From positions 797,234 through 861,233 of the forward strand of contig ML992503.1 in assembly GCA_010093995.1 (NCBI GenBank): DNA of 64,000 nucleotides. Direction: 5' to 3'. The DNA comes from Elsinoe ampelina (taxonomy: Eukaryota). The notes below the pieces were generated by a model. The model saw nothing but the letters and a program-made list of their open reading frames with translations. It made no database searches and was not told where the DNA came from. Below are positions 1 to 12,071 of the stretch, piece by piece; positions within the stretch are counted from its first letter, which is position 1, and each line of letters opens with the position of its first letter. Both the position numbers and the translations under genes were made by a program.

Positions 1-192
1 CTGGTACCGGCAGCCTCAGGCTATGGCTTTCAGCACATCGTCCTCTCGCATCCATATGCTGATGTTGCTCATTTCTAAGCAGCTCAACTATTTGCAGCGT
101 CTCCCATACGCGAGGCGTAAGGTGCGAATGAAACGATTTACAGGCCCTGGAGAGGACTGATTGACAGTGTTGGCAACGAACTTGGTCGATGA

Positions 193-1182
<990 letters not shown>

Positions 1183-1212
1183 GGTGGTGGTCATCAGGGG
1201 CTGGTATAGGGG

Positions 1213-1275
1213 TTCTGGTAGGCACTTCGGGCGTCGGCGTTCGGGCATCAGCCGGAAGCATTTTGATATCAGGCA
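1213..1275 (+). repeat. Left copy of diverged direct repeat (DPM1 3' UTR core)
   Basis: Ungapped 44/63 match by hand to 5766..5828, including exact 13-mers TTCTGGTAGGCAC and TTGATATCAGGCA. Confidence 0.9.
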
Positions 1276-2154
1276 GCGTGAGATCACACGAAACGAGAAC
1301 CAGTTTACGCCATATTCAATATGGCCCTACGCTATAATTGTCGTCAGGCCATGCATTGAGCAATTGGAGGTCGTGCGAGATGAAGCAAAAATGAGCTCAT
1401 TGCATGTACAGGGGTATCATGTGCAGCCTACTTGAGGCCGCTGAAATCCAGTAAAAGGTACATACTGGCAGATCAGAGCTACAAATCACCATAATGCAAA
1501 AGTTAGGTTTGTCTTCCATTCATCTGCTGTGTTGGCCCGCACGTGATCTGTGTCCAAATTCTGGGGCGCAAACTCCTCCGCGAAACACTTTCAATTTTTG
1601 CCACAACATCGACGAAGGTTTCATTTGTGACTGTGACTCGAGCGGACACAAGCGCTATCTATGCTGTAGGCACGAGTGATGGGCTACAATTCATGCAGAA
1701 ACTCATTGGTGTCTCAGTTCGGTCCCCAAAGACTGTCAGCGAAATGCTGCAGGCGATCATGTTGTCCTGGCAGGAGCAACTGAAGTACCATCGTGCCTGC
1801 CCTCCATGACAGTCCGGTTTTGCAAGCTGTCCTGGGTCATCCTTGATATGCTCCCATCCTTGACAGTCTTTACTAGTGCACATCGTCCCCTCGTCCACCT
1901 TCCTGTCATACGCGCTGAACTACCCATCATTTCAACCTTGTTGAATCGGAGGTGGATTCTCAGACTATCGCGCCTGTACAGCACTGCCGAAACCTCTCGG
2001 TCTGTCCGGTTCAACAGCAGTATCGGCGCAGCAGATTCTGTACAATACTTCGACAATGCCGGTACGTATGCATAGTAAAAGCATTCCAACCCGGTTGAAC
2101 CAGCCTAACAAGCAGCAGACTCTCAATCAATGCTATTGATATGGTCTTTCGACA

Positions 2155-5100
2155 ATGCCGAGAGGCGCGATAGATTACGGAGCACGTCGACTGGCCAAGC
2201 TGAACGCTCAGCAAGCAAGTCTGCCAGCGTCAGAACGCATCATGAACCGAACGGACTGGGACAAGCACATCTCGACGACTGTCGGCGTTCTCACCAGACA
2301 GGCTCACGAAAATGCCAAGCGAGCATTCATCGAGACAGCCACCGCATCGGCAGTGATGATATGCACCACGAATGAAGAAGCCGAAAATTACTTTCGACCC
2401 GGCGGGACACCTTTTACTTGCAAAGTGCTCCGTATTTTCATCGAAGCGTCTGCCCTCAGTCGATCCGGAACCATTGAAGAAGTCCCTTCCCGCATCTCGC
2501 TCAGGAGGCTGCTCACATACCTTTTCGGCGCTGCCAGAAAAGCCGGGAACCCAGTCCAGCCAGCCATACGCACCAATGCTCTGTTGTGGGTTGATAATGA
2601 GCTGATCCGCCGTGGTCTGGCTCATGCTACCCCCCGGGCGAAGCCGACAGCGATACCTCAAGACATTACCACATTCCTGAAGAAGCTGTTTGATGTTCAA
2701 TACATGACGACCTTGGCCTCGACTCGAGATGTGCTTCTTATTGCACTGTTCGTCTGCATTACGGTAGACTGCTCGACAAGGGTCAGCGAGATCATGCGGC
2801 CAAGCATGTCCGCGGAGAATTTGGTGTTGTACAAAAGGGAGCATCCTCAGAAATTTTTCACCTGGTCATGCGTCGAGCTGTTCGCCTTCAAGACCGACAA
2901 TGCTGATACGGTATACCTGCAAGCCAGACTCACATTCAGAGACGTCAAGAACACGACCAGACCCAATCACCAGCACAGCAAGACAATACCATTGCGAAAT
3001 CTGCCCGTTGACATGGCCAGTGAAGACACACTCTTCTGGCTCATTGTACTTGGCCTTATCGACAAGGTGTTTGTTGGTACCGAATCGTGGTCAGATTTCG
3101 ACCGCCTCAAGCCGGGACCCAACGGCCTGAGAGTTCCCATCAAGAGAGCCATGGAGTAAGTTTCTGTACGTCATTTTCAACACATTTGAATCTCCTAGAC
3201 ATTTATAACGTCGATTTCAACACTGTTGAAAAGGCCGTGTGTACTGATGATCTCACCAGGTCTTTCGAACGCCGAACCGGGACATGAAGACTTCAAAGGA
3301 CGATCCGATCAGCAATGAACAGATGGGAAGTCAGAGCATGGTGATTCATCTCAACAACCTCAGTCGGTTTTGTGGCCTGAAGCATGCCATGTTGCCAAAC
3401 GTGCTGAGACGTTCGAGCGCATACATTCTAGCAACCACGACATCGGCTGAAGAACGCCGCGCACGCATGGGGCATAGCACGTCTGACAGCGTCTACTGGT
3501 TCCATTACCGCAACAAAACTTCGACGACCGACGTGCAGGGTCTTCGTCACGGTCTGCAGACGGAGGATGTCTCGCGAATGTCCAGTATATTCCTTGAAGC
3601 TGGAGATCGTACGCCGCCTGATCGTGTTTCCGACGCCGGGATGAAGGCGATCAAGGAGGATGAGGTTGCCGCCAATCTACTGATCGAACAATCCGAAATG
3701 GCGGATCAGCTTGTGACTCAGCATAGATCGCTGGATCAAGCTCAAGTAGCCAGTCCCGACGACCACAAGCGATATGTGCAGGCTCGCAACAAGTACCACA
3801 GACGTGTCTCGTTCCTGACTGAGTCCACCTTCAAGAAAGAATACCGTGCCTTCTTTGCGGATCACGGCGTGGTCGTCCATGAGAGGGATCTTCCGACACT
3901 GGCGATAAGTCCCCAGAGACTCGTTGATTCCAGTGTCGACGGTGTCGATATAGCAGATGACCCCGACCCTGACATTGACTCTCAAGAAGTAGAGGCTGAA
4001 GAGACCAATATTGATGCTGCTATGACTGGACTCGTCACCGCACTGGCTGAAGACGAGACCGATACACACGACGCAGCAACGCTGCCGAACAATCTCGCCA
4101 TTTCGCAGTCGTCAAGGTCCTTCGCTCCTCGCGCGACTGCCAGATACAGTCTCCTCGATCAGGTTCCCGATCTTCTTTACAATCAGAAGGAGAGCACAAC
4201 CCATGCTTCCCTGTCGGCCATCTTCACCGATCTCTTCAACCATCTACATTGCGCCGACAAGTTCTATCCCAACCAAGAACCATTCCCGGGTACCTTCGAA
4301 TGTCGTTTTTGCGGCTATCACTTTCTGGATCTCTTCAGCAGTGCTGATAGGGGCTTCTCCATGGCTCATCGACATGCTGACGACTGCAATGCCGATGTCT
4401 CTGCCGAAGCGTCTCCTCAAGCTCTGCGCGATAAAGACACGAAGGCCAAGACGACCTGCCCTCTTGGAAGACTTGACAAACATCAGAACATGGCCCCGTG
4501 TTGGTTCAAAATCACTGGCTTCCAACCCCTTTTTGATCACGTAAGGAGCTATCACAGAGCCACTGGAGCATCCCCAATCTATACATGCTACAGTCACCAG
4601 CCGCCCCAGATATTTGTCAGTATGGCAGACCTACGCATTCACGCCATCAACGATCACAACGCCGTTTCAACCTTGTTGAAAGGGCACACTCCCCAAGGCA
4701 GCATTGCAAGGGAAGAGACGATATACTTCTGCCACTTCTGTCAGGTTTGGATCGCAAGAGCCGAAGAATTCGAGGAAACCCATCTCTCTGGTCACAGGGA
4801 TGATCTCAAAGATACCTTATCTTCCAACGGCGTTGCAGGACTCTACTATTCTAACCACTGGTGCCAACCCGGCTTCTGCCCATTTTGCGTCTACAATGCC
4901 GGTCTGAGCGTGGTACAACGCATGCACGTATTCACTAACGAACAATACCTCAAGCATGTTGCAGCACACTTGAAGCCAGATCCTACCGGCGACCTGACGT
5001 CACATCCTACCAGTGGCTTGACACCAGATCCTACCAGAAGCTGCTGTCCTGCAAGTCAAGCAACCCCAGAGCTGCTGCCGCGATGCGCTGTGACGTCCCA

Positions 5101-5296
5101 GATGACAGCGATCGAGCTCGCTGAGCACCTCAGGACAGATCACAAGCTGAACGTCAAAGCACCGGCTCCAGCACTGCCTGAAGCATCCTCAGAGCCAGGC
5201 GCACCGGCAAAACGCCGCAAGCAGTCCGAGAGGAAGCCTTTGAATGAGCTCGACGCCAACCGTGGCTCGGAGGAGGCAGCACCGGCAAAGGCGTGA
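2155..5296 (+). CDS. DUF3435-like (Starship captain-type) tyrosine recombinase with C-terminal C2H2-like zinc fingers; two ORFs joined by one intron; possibly carries a premature stop
   Basis: Motifs in catalytic order: CSTRVSE (R), RDVKN (K), VFR after the intron, NVLRRS, RMGH, VYWFHY (Y). Cys/His clusters follow (CRFC..H, CYSH..H, CHFC..H, CPFC..H, C..H). Intron acceptor CAG at 3257-3259 follows a CTGAT branch site. Confidence 0.8.
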
Positions 5297-5383
5297 GGGA
5301 CCGATGTGCCAGAGATGGAGCTGGGCGACTATTCTGCCGATTCCCAGCTTATACCAGGGCCGTCTACACACTCTGATCCTCCA

Positions 5384-5624
5384 TTTCGACAGTGTTGAAA
5401 GATGTCTCGTCAAGCGGTTGTCGTGGATGCTGTGAGCGGTAGCTGGTCCTCATGGTCAAAATCAACAGGGTTGAAATGCATTCTATCAAGCAGGCTTTTT
5501 TCAAGGGGAGGTTGTAATGGGTGGTGCCTTGGTCGGTCAGTTTCAGCATTGTCGAAATGCATTTTACCAGAAAGGTATTCTAGCAAGGAGTAGTGATAAT
5601 AGCTCAAATTCAACTGTGTTGAAC
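5384..5624. repeat. Array of four 17-bp imperfect palindromes (TTTCRRCANTGTYGAAA-like) separated by 50-64 bp spacers
   Basis: 5384 tttcgacagtgttgaaa; 5460 aatcaacagggttgaaa; 5541 tttcagcattgtcgaaa; 5608 attcaactgtgttgaac. Confidence 0.8.
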
Positions 5625-5670
5625 CATTTCCAGCATTTGAGGCAACGACTCATCAAAGCGAAATGCTTAT

Positions 5671-5886
5671 TTTGGTGCCGTCGAAACTACCACATATGTG
5701 CTCACGGTACATGTGCTGTGGTCGAGGATTCGAGGTTGTCACCGATCGGGCCCAGGTGGTCAGGTTTCTGGTAGGCACAGTAAGGTCTAGCGTTGTGGCA
5801 TTAGCTGGTGGTACATTGATATCAGGCATGGATCCTTGAAGTCAAGCGACGAGTCGATTCATTAGGCATTTGTATGGCACTATTCT
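5671..5886 (+). pseudogene. Degenerate copy of DPM1 C-terminal codons and 3' UTR
   Basis: 5671..5733 translates FGAVETTTYVLTVHVLWSRIR versus DPM1 [20 protein letters not shown], followed by the UTR match. Confidence 0.75.
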
Positions 5887-6398
5887 GAGTACTACCAGAA
5901 GCTCGTCGACGATACACTGCGTGGGGGATGCACAGTACTGGGAAAGTCGTACGCTGTTTCACTGACGACGAAGCCCGAGCTGGGCATCTCTGAACTACCA
6001 GGTTAACCTTGACTGGTAGGTACTAAGGGGCGGTTATAATGAACGGGTCATGCAGCTGTAAGGTAGGGTGCGAGCAATTGCATTCCATCTGGTAGTACAA
6101 TCTTACGTGCACACGATGGGCACAGCACCTAAATACCATGGCAAATCGACAAGGGGATTACCGCACGCTCTTACGACTGTGCGGTCTCAATTGTGGTAGT
6201 ACAGTGAACTATGCATGATATGACTACAACGTGAGAGTTCTGCTGGACTGTTTCGCCACATGTTACTGAACCCTTGTAGCTACCATACTGTGGCGCGCAG
6301 CCAACCTGTATCCAGTCACATGGTTGGACCTGGTAGGATGTAGACTATTAGGCATCACCTCAAGACACCGTCTGTCCAGAGCTCCACTTCAAGCCCTC

Positions 6399-7268
6399 TT
6401 ACGCCTCACCAACCATCTTCTTCTGCAAGAATCTTGCAAAGCTCCCTTCCACGCTCGCCGAGAACCTCACCCACCTCTCCAACCCCTTACTGACCGCCGG
6501 CGGCGCATGTCCCTCAGCCTTGATGATGCGAACCTCCTTCAGCCCTTTGATACCCACCAGACCTCTCACCCACTCGAACCCCTCCGCCTCCATCAGCCCA
6601 GGCCATTCCTCGTCGTCGTAGGGCTTGACCTCTTCTTCCTGCCCTTCGAAAACCCCTCTCACACCAGGCATCCTTGCTGGCTTCCCTGCTATCACCACCA
6701 ATTCCAGCCTTTCCAGACCTATGGTGGCGAGTCCTTCCATGGCGGCGTCCCATTCTGCTCTGTCAAACTCCTTGTCGTAACATTGAGGAGTCTTGGTGAC
6801 ACGTACAGTCCGGATGAGGTCTCGAGTCTCGGGACGCAGACTTGAGAAGAACGGTACTACTGCTTCGACGCAAGTCTCAAAGTCAAAGATTGGGTGCGAG
6901 TACAGCAGCGGTGCGGTCTCGGCATGTAGTGCCCTGGAGGTCGCAAGGATGTTTGGATGTAACGGAGGTCGTGGGCTGAGCTCGAATGTGGTGTAGGCTG
7001 CCCGACCACGGAAGTCGCGGACTAGGTATCGATGGGATAGTTTCGGTGATAGTGTGCAGAAGTGTTTGGGTTCCATGGTGCGGATGTGCAGCACTGAGGT
7101 AGAGCGGCGTTGTGCATCTTGTTGTGAGATGCTAGCCTCGGTGATTCTTGAGTGACAGTCGAGGGATTGGTCCTTGTTTGATGAGGGTAGGAGGTAAGAG
7201 TAGATCTGGAGACGGAGCTCGAGAGGGAGGCGGAAGAGTAGCGGTGTAGAGTCATCGATGAAAGGCAT
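6399..7268 (-). CDS. Hypothetical protein with an F-box-like N-terminal motif
   Basis: LLFRLPLELRLQIYSYLL and ILATSRALHAETAPLLYS, a common fungal F-box-like signature; ATG chosen at 7268. Confidence 0.75.
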   Translation of the reverse strand: MPFIDDSTPLLFRLPLELRLQIYSYLLPSSNKDQSLDCHSRITEASISQQDAQRRSTSVLHIRTMEPKHFCTLSPKLSHRYLVRDFRGRAAYTTFELSPRPPLHPNILATSRALHAETAPLLYSHPIFDFETCVEAVVPFFSSLRPETRDLIRTVRVTKTPQCYDKEFDRAEWDAAMEGLATIGLERLELVVIAGKPARMPGVRGVFEGQEEEVKPYDDEEWPGLMEAEGFEWVRGLVGIKGLKEVRIIKAEGHAPPAVSKGLERWVRFSASVEGSFARFLQKKMVGEA

Positions 7269-7857
7269 GATGGCAGTCGATTGCAGAATACGGAATGGTA
7301 CTAGCAATTGGAAGCAATGTGGCGGAGTTGAATATGTGGGATAAAATGTATGAAGAAAGGTGAGCAAACGTGTTTATCTATCCTTTGTACCCTAATGGCC
7401 CACTTTCCAGCGCACCGGCACGCCCAGAGTTGGACGGTTGAGAGGTTTGTGCCGCAGAATCGCTACACATGTGAGACGCGAAGGTCCGAAAGATCCTGGC
7501 TATCTGTCTGAAAAAGCTGACAAGAAATTCGGAGCTTAAGACACGAAATGATAACGAAGTATGACGCCGACGCATGCCATCACATGCAAATCCGATTTGC
7601 TCGGCTGCTCTCGGAAAGCTTGTTCAACGGAGACGGGCCGTGCCTCATTGGATCATGCAGATCTGGCACAAGCATGTGAAGGGATGAAGGGGCGATGGAA
7701 ATGTCACGGACATGAAGAGTGTCATACTTGGAGAGAACGAGGAATTGACGAGATTCATCCGACTCCTGCGAGGCCCTTGAAAGTGAAGCAGTAGAGACCA
7801 TTACTTCTACTGTAGCCGTATCCGCTTTATTGCCCTGTAATGCCGTCATACCAGCCC

Positions 7858-8915
7858 TCAAATTGCTTTGTATTTCCGGTGCAGATCAATCTTCAATTCC
7901 AACCAATCTGTAAGATCAACCATATCTTTGCACTCCATCAAGCTTTTCCTTTCCTTTTTCGACAAGGCTTTCAACAGCATCTCGTTCACATGATACAGCA
8001 CCAACTCGAATCGAAGCCCTGATCGTGCAACGTGAGCCAGGAATTCTCCCACAGCTCGAAGGGGGGTCGTCTTGTGACCTGCGAACAGGCAAGGATTCTC
8101 GAGAATGCCTCGCGCAGCCATGGCACCTTCCACGCCTGTTCTCGTAACGATGTCGTCCGCGTCATCTTTGCTATAGACGTCCCCATTTGCGATCATTAGC
8201 AGATCCGGAAAGGCTTGTTTGAGCGTCTTGAGAGCTTCCAGATCAGGTGGTGTGCTTGATCGTTGGTTCTTCGTCCGGGCGTGTACTGTGACCCAGTCAA
8301 ATCCAGAAGGCCGGACAATGCTCAGAAATCGAATCGTTTCGTTAATGTCTTTGTGGATGCGTATTTTGATGCTGACACTCTTCTTGCTCCCGTAGACGAA
8401 TTTGGCGGCAGAGACAATATCGCGGACCAGCTCAGGCCTGGACATGAGACTGCATCCAATGCCTTCTTTGATGGCCCAGGATTGGGGACAGCCGCAATTG
8501 AGATCAATGCCGTTCACCCATGGTCCGATTAGTGTTGCAGCTCTAGCAAATTCCTCTGGGTCTGATGAGGCGAATTGGGCTACCAGTGGCCCTTCTGATG
8601 TATGTGTTGTGAAGTCCGAGTCTCGAGCCACGGGATGTCGAATGAACCTGATTCTGTCATTACGGTTTCAAGCATCGGCGTGCTTGTGTCCTCACTCATG
8701 GGCTAGTATCATGGGCGTCCAAGTAATGTCGACACCATAATCCTTTATCAGCAAACGGAAAGGCAGCTTGCTGTACCTGATATGAATCAGCAGTGTTGTC
8801 GCAGCAAGGTTCTCAATGCTTACCTGACCATGGGCGCGCAGACTGCATCTACATCAGACGAAGAGCGTAGGGGAAAAGAAAATTGGCTACCTACCGTATA
8901 GCGGGCGTCGCTCAT
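7858..8915 (-). CDS. DUS4: tRNA-dihydrouridine synthase (Dus4-like), multi-exon; start approximate
   Basis: Spliced CAPMVRYSKLPFR and TPMILA; DFTT..EGPLVAQF, GIDLNCGCPQSWA, VHART, ANGD, MAARG. Confidence 0.85.
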
Positions 8916-9564
8916 GCTTCACTTTCGCAAACAGATGGACAGGACTATAACATCACATCATCAGAAAACGAAGTCCAGTGGCGCAGTATCGCGAACAGGA
9001 CTGCGGTCTCGGTTGTCGAAACGTACTTGAAATCTCTTGCCGTGACACTGGTTTGCGTCTTATAATTTCCAGTCGGTGTCATCGTGGACTGACATCGCTT
9101 CGTGACACCTCACACACGAAATACCAGGGCGTTTATTGCTTTACGTCCGCAGAAGGGTGTCGTGGTTGGACGTTGCGACGGTCGAAGATGAAAATCTATA
9201 GCCATGTGTTTCAGGTGGGTGTGGAATGCGGCTCCGGACTGCGTGCTGCTCGATATGGCAGACCGTAGTTTGCCTTCCATCCGTCTTCAGCTCGTCTTGG
9301 ACATCCAACGCAGTTGTCAAACGCCACTGGGGATCAAAGTGACGGCAGCGAGAGACGTCATGACTCCGAAGTCTCGTGCATTCCGACTGTCTGGCAATGT
9401 GACGCTCAAGATCAGCGGCTGAAAGCGGATATTTCATTTGCAGACAAAGAACCCAGCTCCACACATCCAGGTCTGTTATAGGTGATCAATGGGTTTGTAT
9501 ATTTCTTCAAGAGGGCACAGCACAATGCTGTTGCCCATCGAGGAATCGTATACGAATTCGCAAC

Positions 9565-10206
9565 ATGTTGTTCCCCATCATTCTTCTCACGTCTCTGGCA
9601 GCTTCCGTCCTCGCCGCGGCTCATCCAACAGCAGTGCACTCTTCGGCAATAGACTACGTTCCCGGGCTTGAGGACGATGCCTTATTCGAGGCAGACTTCG
9701 ACGGATTAGATTACTATGAGGCTGAAGACGAAGGTGATTATGACGACGACTACTCGCAGCTCTACGCTCGATCTGTGGACTACCCCGAGGAGTACGAGGG
9801 CGAGGATGAGGACGACTTCTTCGATGATGATGATGACGACGACTGGATCGCCGAGTACGAGCCCACATTTGTCAGCTCACACCGGGTGCGGACTGTGTAT
9901 GTCCCGGAGGAAGACGAGGACGATGTGGTCCACGAGCTATTCCGGCGAGGAGAGGATGACGGCGAGGAGCCTTTCGGGTATCTCAACGAAGCAGACACTA
10001 ACGAGGATGAGTTTGACGATGAGGTTATTCCTGAGTTTCACTGGGCAGAGCTCGCCGGTCCCCCTGCACCGAGATCGACAGCATCACCAGCAGCAAAGGT
10101 GATCCCGGCTCCGACGCCAGCTCCCTTGCCAACACCTGCGAGCTTGACATTCAGCAGCGCGACTGTTGGAGCGACAGCTGGTAATCGGCCAAAGACCCGA
10201 AGGTAG
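9565..10206 (+). CDS. Secreted, highly acidic (D/E/Y-rich) hypothetical protein
   Basis: Hydrophobic signal peptide MLFPIILLTSLAASVLA, acidic core, Pro/Thr-rich tail. Confidence 0.7.
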   Translation: MLFPIILLTSLAASVLAAAHPTAVHSSAIDYVPGLEDDALFEADFDGLDYYEAEDEGDYDDDYSQLYARSVDYPEEYEGEDEDDFFDDDDDDDWIAEYEPTFVSSHRVRTVYVPEEDEDDVVHELFRRGEDDGEEPFGYLNEADTNEDEFDDEVIPEFHWAELAGPPAPRSTASPAAKVIPAPTPAPLPTPASLTFSSATVGATAGNRPKTRR

Positions 10207-10352
10207 TGCATACTGTCCCCTAGACACTCGTCGATAATCTCCATAAATGCATCTGTTCTTCATTGCTCGCTAATACCGAATCGTGCCTGCAGCATCATCT
10301 TCTTCGTCCCCGCTTCTGGTCTTGAGCTGCATCCGTCCCGAAGTACTGCCTC

Positions 10353-10924
10353 TTACGAGTCCGCTTCTTGAGCCTCCTTGCTGCCCACCGGTACCAACTT
10401 CCCAACAACCAGGTATTTCTCACTGAACCTCTCCTCCCACCCTCTCATAGCCTCCATCTCCTCATCTCCAAGCCCCTTGAGATCGTCCAGCGGCCCTTCC
10501 AGATCCTTCGTCAACATGTCCTCGTCGAAGCTGCCGCATGCCAATCCTCTGCTCGCGTCCCTGCCTGCAAAGTTCTGGTAAGGTCCTCCGGGCCCGTAGA
10601 AATTCCTGCCTGACGAGACATCAAAGACGCGCCCTCGGACAGCGAGGTATACCTCTGGACGGTCGTTGCCATTGTATGGGAGGAGCGTGGGAGGAGTGAA
10701 GGTCTTGAAGACTGTGGGTGGAGGTGGGGGAGGGAGGGTTTGAGCTGCTGCGGGGCGCAGTCGGGTCCAGACGGCAACAATGAAGAGTGCGAGAAGGACG
10801 AAGTTGAGGGGTGTCGCTATTGTCGCGCTGAGGTGGTCAGAAGGAGCACATGCGATTGCTTTTGCTTGACTTACACTTCAGCGACTTGGAGAGCTTCCGA
10901 GGCTAGTAGGGTCAGCGGATGCAT
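10353..10924 (-). CDS. DAP1: Cytochrome b5-like heme/steroid-binding membrane protein
   Basis: After one GTAAGT..CAG intron: TM segment, VYLAVRGRVFDVSSGRNFYGPGGPYQNFAGRDASRGLACGSFDEDML. Confidence 0.9.
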
Positions 10925-12071
10925 TGAGATGATCTGACAGGGGTGTCCTACAATTCGAGGAGCTCATCGTGAGTGATGTGCGCTCTGATAAGCCGTCGTG
11001 TCAAGTAAGATGTCGACGTAGGAGAAAGAGAGTTGACTTGCGTGCGTGGCAGGACGTCTTTACGCTGGGCCTGGCAATCTGACGTGAGTTGCCAAGGCCG
11101 CAGTTCTCCAACAAGCCGTTCTCCACTCCAAGCCCGTCCACCAAAAGCTCGAGCGGGACAGAGCGGAGATGGATCCTGCAGCGGATCCCCTTGTGGCGAG
11201 TCGCGGAATAGAAATCATAGTCGGGCAAAACTTGTTTTGCTCCAGAGATCAGATATCACACATGGCCGGTGATCAAGAGTAACGTGACCAGCAGTCTAAT
11301 ATACTTGTGCCTGGTCCGAGCAGTTCGCAGAGCAATACAGTCAGAAAGTTGGCAAAGTCGATCGCTGGATCATCGGTGGGGCGAGTGAGGCATCCAAGCT
11401 CATTTTGTGAACTTTCATGAGGGTTCAGCCTCAATAGATTGTGTTTGCAACTAGACTCCACGAAGCTCGGCTTGAACGCACATGTGAAAGTGGAAAGGGG
11501 CAGTGATGGACAAATAGCTCGAGTCCGGGCTTGTGTACCTGCAGCGGGCCGCGCGGGTGGTCCAGTTGAAACGGACTGGCATGAAACGAATCATCGAGAG
11601 ACCGAAAGCACCCAAAACTTTGGGCGGCTATGCTCATTCCACCCGCAGATGATAATTTCCACTCGAGGGGAAGATCCTGAGGGCTGCTCCTGTTCAGCTG
11701 GACCGAGATCTACGCCGCATCCTGACATGGACCTGTTCTTCTCTTCCTGCACAACCTTGAATGACCTCCATCTCTTTTTTGTGTATCATCAAACAACGTT
11801 TCTTGTGGGGAAGCTAGACCGTTGACCTTATCCTGCGCGTCTCCCGACTAGCCCGTCATTCGCAAATTATACGACACATCCTATACCCCTGCGGCTGCCT
11901 ATAAGTGTCGCATGACGTCCAAGTCGCATGCCCACGTCCCCATCTGGCGGTAAATACATGCGCGTCTGGTAGGTACGGTACACGTCACGATCGCGAACCA
12001 CCCCTGTCGTCCAGTCTAACCAGATCACAGGAGGACAAGCTCTTGACCGCGGTGGTCATTGCAAACACGAA

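Noticed and set aside
1494..2089. Short ORFs inside the island as a second element gene
   Set aside because: No recognisable domain, stops in the candidate frames, and overlap with the palindrome-rich promoter region.
4976..5037. 24-bp tandem repeat in the recombinase (PDPTGDLT/SHPTSGLT/PDPTR)
   Set aside because: Real but looks like an in-frame slippage expansion in a linker.
5384..5624. True CRISPR array
   Set aside because: Eukaryotic context, no cas genes, repeats only 17 bp and degenerate, and the same motif is scattered through the recombinase gene.
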